This document shows positions 58,604-64,000 of a stretch of DNA of 64,000 nucleotides, piece by piece. A model generated the notes under the pieces. The model was not told the DNA's origin. It was given only the letters and a program-made list of their open reading frames with translations, and ran no database searches. The translations under genes were made by a program, and so were the position numbers. Source of the DNA: Pristiophorus japonicus (Eukaryota); contig NC_091987.1 of the NCBI RefSeq assembly GCF_044704955.1, forward strand, positions 133,114,001 to 133,178,000. The letters are read 5' to 3'. The stretch's first letter is position 1. Each line of letters begins with the position of its first letter.

Positions 58604-61600
58604 CACCTTCACCAGTATCACCTTCACCAGTTTCACCTTCACCTTCACCAGTATCACCTTCACCTGTATTATCTTCACCAGTATCACCTTAACCTTCACC
58701 AGTATCACCTTCACCAGTTTCACCTTCACCTTCACCAGTATCAACTTCACTAGTTTCACCTTCACCAGTTTCACCGTCACTGTCACCAGTATCACCTTCA
58801 CCAGTTTCACCTTCACCAATTTCACCTTCAGCTTCACCAGTATCACCTTCACCTTCACCAGTATCACCTTCACCAGTATCACCTTCACCAGTTTCACCTT
58901 CACCAATTTCACCTTTACCTTCACCAGTATCACCTTCACCAGTTTCACCTTCACCTTCACCAGTATCACCTTCACCTGTATTATCTTCACCAGTATCACC
59001 TTCACCTTCACCAGTATCACCTTCACCAGTTTCACCGTCACCTTCACCAGTATCACCTTCACCAGTATCACCTTCACTAGTTTCACCTTCACCAGTTTCA
59101 CCTTCACCTTCACCAGTATCACCTTCACCAGTTTCACCTTCACCTTCACCAATATCACCTTCACTAGTTTCACCTTCACCAGTTTCACCGTCACCTTCAC
59201 CAGTATCACCTTCACCAGTTTCACCTTCACCAGTTTCACCTTCAGCTTCACCAGTATCACCTTCACCAGTATTACCTTCACGTTCACCAGTTTCACCTTC
59301 ACCTTCACCAGTATCACATTCGCCAGTATCACCTTCACCAGTTTCACCTTCAGCTTCACCAGTATCACCTTCACAAGTATCACCTTCACCTTCACCAGTA
59401 TTACCTTCACCAACATCACCTTCACCTTCAGCAGTTTTACCTTCACCAGTATCACCTTCACCAGTATCACCTTAACCTTCACTAGTTTCACCTGCACCTT
59501 CACCAGTATCACCTTCACCAGTATCACCTTCACCTTCACCAGCATCACATTCACCAGATTCACCTTCACCTTCACCAGTATCACCTTCACCAGTTTCACC
59601 TTCACCTTCACCAGTATCACCTTCACCAGTATCACCTTCACCTTCACCAGTATTACCTTCACCAGTATCACCTTCCCCAGTTTCACCTTCACCAGATTCA
59701 CCTTCACCTTCACCAGTATCACCTTCAACTGCACCAGTTTTACCTTCACCAGTTTCAATTTCACCTTCACCAGTTTCACCTTCACCAGTATCACCTTCAC
59801 CAGTTTCACCTTCACTGTCACCAGTTTCACCTTCACCTTCACCAGTATCACCTTCACCAGCATCACCTTCACCAGTTTCACCTTCACCTTCACCAGTATC
59901 ACCTTCACCAGTTTCACCTTCACCAATTTCACCTTCACCTTGACCAGTATCAGCTTCACATTCACCACTATCACCTTCACTTTCACCAGTATTACCTTCA
60001 CCAGTTTCACCTTCACCTTCACCAGTATCACCTGCACCAGTATCACCTTCACCAGTTTCACCTTCACCTTCACCAGTATCACCTTCACAAGTTTCACCTT
60101 CACCAGTTTTACCTTCACCTTCACCAGTATCACCTTCACCAGTTTCACCTTCACCTTCACCAGTATCACCTTCACCAGCATCACCTTCACCTTCAGCAGT
60201 TTCACCTTCACCAGTATCACCTTCACCAGTATCACCTTCACCAATATCACCTTCTCCTTCAGCAGTTTCACCCTCACCTTCATCAGTATCACCTTCACCA
60301 GTTTCACCTTCACCTTCACCAGTTTCACCTTCACATTCACCAGTATCACCTTCACCTTCACCAGTATTACCTTCACCAGTATCACCTTCACCAGTATCAC
60401 CTTCACCTTCACCAGTATCACCTTCACCAGTATCACCTTCACCTTCACCAGTATCACCTTCACCAGTATCACCTTCACCTTCACCAGTATCACGTTCACC
60501 AGTATCACCTTCACCAGTTTCACCTTCACCTTCACCAGTTTCACCTTCACCTTCACCAGTATCACCTTCACCAGTTTCACCTTCACCTTCACCAGTATCA
60601 CCTTCCACTTCACCAGTACGACCTTCACCAGTATCACATTCACCAGTTTTATCTTCACCTTCACCAGTATCACCTTCACCAGTATCACCTTCACCTTCAC
60701 CAGTATCACCTTCACCTTCACCAGTATTACCTTCACCAGTATCACCTTCACCTTCACCAGTATCACCTTCACCAGTATTAGCTTCATCAGTTTCACCTTC
60801 ACCTTCACCAGTATCACCTTCACCAGTATCACCTTCACCAGTTTCACCTTCACCTTCACCAGTATCACCTTCACTAATTTCAGCTTCACCTTCACCAGTT
60901 TCACATTCACCTTCAGCAGTATCACCTTCACCAGTATCACCTTCACCTTCACCAGTATCACCTTCACCAGTATCACCTTCACCAGTTTCACCTTCACCTT
61001 CACCAGTTTCACCTTCACCAGTTTTAACTTCACCTTCACCAGTTCCACCTTCACCTTCACCAGTATCACCTTCACCAGTTTCACCTTCACCAATTTCACC
61101 TTCACCTTGACCAGTATCAGCTTCACATTCACCACTATCACCTTCACTTTCACCAGTATTACCTTCACCAGTTTCACCTTCAGCTTCACCAGTACCACCT
61201 TCACCAGTATCACCTTCACCTTCACCAGTATCACCTTCACCTTCACCAGTATCACCTTCCCCTTCACCAGTACTACCTTCACCAGTATCACCTTCACCAG
61301 TTTCACCTTCACTTCACCAGTTTCACCTTCAGCTTCACCAGTATCACCTTCACCAGTATTACCTTCACCTTCACCAGTTTCACCTTCACCTTCACCAGTA
61401 TCACCTTCACCAGTAGCACCTTCACCAGTTTCACCTTCAGCTTCACCAGTATCACCTTCACCAGTATCACCTTCACCTACACCAGTATTACCTTCACCAA
61501 CATCACCTTCACCTTCAGCAGTTTCACCTTCACCAGTATCACCTTCACCAGTATCACCTTCACCTTCACTAGTTTCACCTGCACCTTCACCAGTATCACC

Positions 61601-64000
61601 TTCACCAGTATCACCTTCACCTTCACCAGTATCACATTCACCAGATTCACCTTCACCTTCACCAGTATCACCTTCACCAGTTTCACCTTCACCTTCACCA
61701 GTATCACCTTCACCAGTATCACCTTCACCTTCACCAGTATTACCTTCACCAGTATCACCTTCCCCAGTTTCACCTTCACCAGATTCACCTTCACATTCAC
61801 CAGTATCACCTTCAACTGCACCAGTTTCACCTTCACCAGTTTCAATTTCACCTTCACCAGTATCACCTTCACCAGTATCACCTTCACCAGTTTCACCTTC
61901 ACCTTCACCAGTGTCACCTTCACCAGTTTCACCTTCACCAATTTCACCTTCACCTTCACCAGTTTCAGCTTCACCTTCACCAGTATCACCTTGACCAGTA
62001 TCAGCTTCACTTCACCAGTATCACCTTCACTTTCACCAGTATTACCTTCACCAGTTTCACCTTCACCTTCACCAGTATCACCTGCACCAGTATCACCTTC
62101 ACCAGTTTCACCTTCACCTTCACCAGTATCACCTTCACAAGTTTCACCTTCACCAGTTTTACCTTCACCTTCACCAGTATCACCTTCACCAGTTTCACCT
62201 TCACCTTCACCAGTATCACCTTCACCAGCATCACCTTCACCTTCAGCAGTTTCACCTTCACCAGTATCACCTTCACCAGTATCACCTTCACCAATATCAC
62301 CTTCTCCTTCAGCAGTTTCACCTTCACCTTCATCAGTATCACCTTCACCTTCACCAGTTTCACCTTCACCTTCACCAGTATCACCTTCACCAGTTTCACC
62401 TTCACCAGTATCACCTTCACCAGTTTCACCTTCACCTTCACCAGTTTCACCTTCACCTTCACCAGTATCACCTTCACCAGTTTCACCTTCACCAATTTTA
62501 ACTTCACCTTCACCAGTTTCACCTTCACCTTCACCAGTATCACCTTCACCAGTTGCAGCTTCACCTTCACCAGTATCACCTTCACCTTCACCAGTATCAC
62601 CTTCACTTTCACCAGTACTACCTTCACCAGTATCACCTTCACCAGTTTCACCTTCACCTTCACCAGTACCACCTTCACCAGTATCACCTTCACCAGTATC
62701 ACCTTCCCGTTCACCAGTACTACCTTCACCAGTATCACCTTCACCGGTTTCACCTTCACTTCACCAGTATTACCTTCACCAGTATCACCTTCACCAGTTT
62801 CACCTTCACCTTCACCAGTATCACCTTCACCTTCACCAGTATCACCTTCACTTTCACCAGTACTACCTTCACCAGTATCACCTTCACCAGTTTCACCTTC
62901 ACCTTCACCAGTATCACCTTCACCAGTATCACCTTCACCAGTTTCACCTTCACCAATTTCACCTTTACCTTCACCAGTATCACCTTCACCAGTTTCACCT
63001 TCACCTTCACCAGTATCACCTTCACCAGCATCACCTTCACCTTCAGCAGTTTCACCTTCATCAGTATCACCTTCACCAGTATCACCTTCACCAATATCAC
63101 CTTCTCCTTCAGCAGTTTCACCTTCACCTTCATCAGTATCACCTTCACCTTCACCAGTTTCACCTTCACCTTCACCAGTATCACCTTCACCAGTTTCACC
63201 TTCACCAGTATCACCTTCACCAGTTTCACCTTCACCTTCACCAGTTTCACCTTCACCTTCACCAGTATCACCTTCACCAGTTTCACCTTCACCAATTTTA
63301 ACTTCACCTTCACCAGTTTCACCTTCACCTTCACCAGTATCACCTTCACCAGTTGCAGCTTCACCTTCACCAGTATCACCTTCACCTTCACCAGTATCAC
63401 CTTCACTTTCACCAGTACTACCTTCACCAGTATCACCTTCACCAGTTTCACCTTCACCTTCACCAGTACCACCTTCACCAGTATCACCTTCACCAGTATC
63501 ACCTTCCCGTTCACCAGTACTACCTTCACCAGTATCACCTTCACCGGTTTCACCTTCACTTCACCAGTATTACCTTCACCAGTATCACCTTCACCAGTTT
63601 CACCTTCACCTTCACCAGTATCACCTTCACCTTCACCAGTATCACCTTCACCAGTATCACCTTCACCAGTTTCACCTTCACCTTCACCAGTATCACCTTC
63701 ACCAGTATCACCTTCACCAGTTTCACCTTCACCAATTTCACCTTTACCTTCACCAGTATCACCTTCACCAGTTTCACCTTCACCTTCACCAGTATCACCT
63801 TCACCTGTATTATCTTCACCAGTATCACCTTCACCTTCACCAGTATCACCTTCACCAGTTTCACCGTCACCTTCACCAGTATCACCTTCACCAGTATCAC
63901 CTTCACTAGTTTCACCTTCACCAGTTTCACCTTCACCTTCACCAGTATCACCTTCACCAGTTTCACCTTCACCTTCACCAATATCACCTTCACTAGTTTC
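58604..64000. repeat. Continuation of the TCACCTTCACCAGT(A/T) satellite to the window end
   Basis: Same units as 36108-50218; includes an 800-bp internal duplication (ACCTTCCCGT at 62701 and 63501). Confidence 0.97.

Noticed and set aside
36055-64000. Very long ORFs such as (FTSIT)n, (SPVSP)n, (VKVIL)n, (GEGDT)n and (HQYHL)n as mucin-, extensin- or antifreeze-like genes
   Set aside because: Unit lengths are multiples of 3 and lack stops in five of six frames, so ORFs open on both strands automatically. There is no unique domain, signal peptide or splice context, frames shift at HOR landmarks, and LINEs interrupt the array.

Overview
This is eukaryotic (vertebrate) genomic DNA. The repeat repertoire (esterase-ORF1 CR1s, Mag-like Gypsy, L2, RTE, Tx1) suggests a cartilaginous fish, which is inference only. 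The only host gene I can see is the first coding exon of COG3 (574-732, minus strand). About 100 bp upstream of its ATG a tandem-repeat array begins. It changes gradually from a 21-bp GGCATTGGCTCC... minisatellite into a 6/15/21-bp TCACCTTCACCAGT(A/T) satellite that runs to the end of the window. Two retroelement stacks interrupt the array. The first is a 32.5-kb nest: an L2 contains an RTE fragment and Gypsy A; Gypsy A contains Gypsy B and a full-length CR1; Gypsy B contains a U2/U1 snRNA-derived SINE; the CR1 contains two tandem full-length Tx1 elements. The second is a CR1 carrying an antisense CR1 (50.2-58.6 kb). Two candidates stand out as possibly undescribed systems. One is a Tx1-clade retrotransposon inserted twice, antisense, at the same 16-bp site (GGTCCTTGTGCATGAA, present three times) in CR1 ORF2, i.e. 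an apparently CR1-targeting site-specific LINE. The other is a ~365-bp poly(A)-tailed, TSD-flanked mosaic of U2 and U1 snRNA modules, resembling SINEU, which I know only from crocodilians. The long low-complexity ORFs in the ORF track are satellite artefacts. All coordinates and identities were read by eye and no searches were run.
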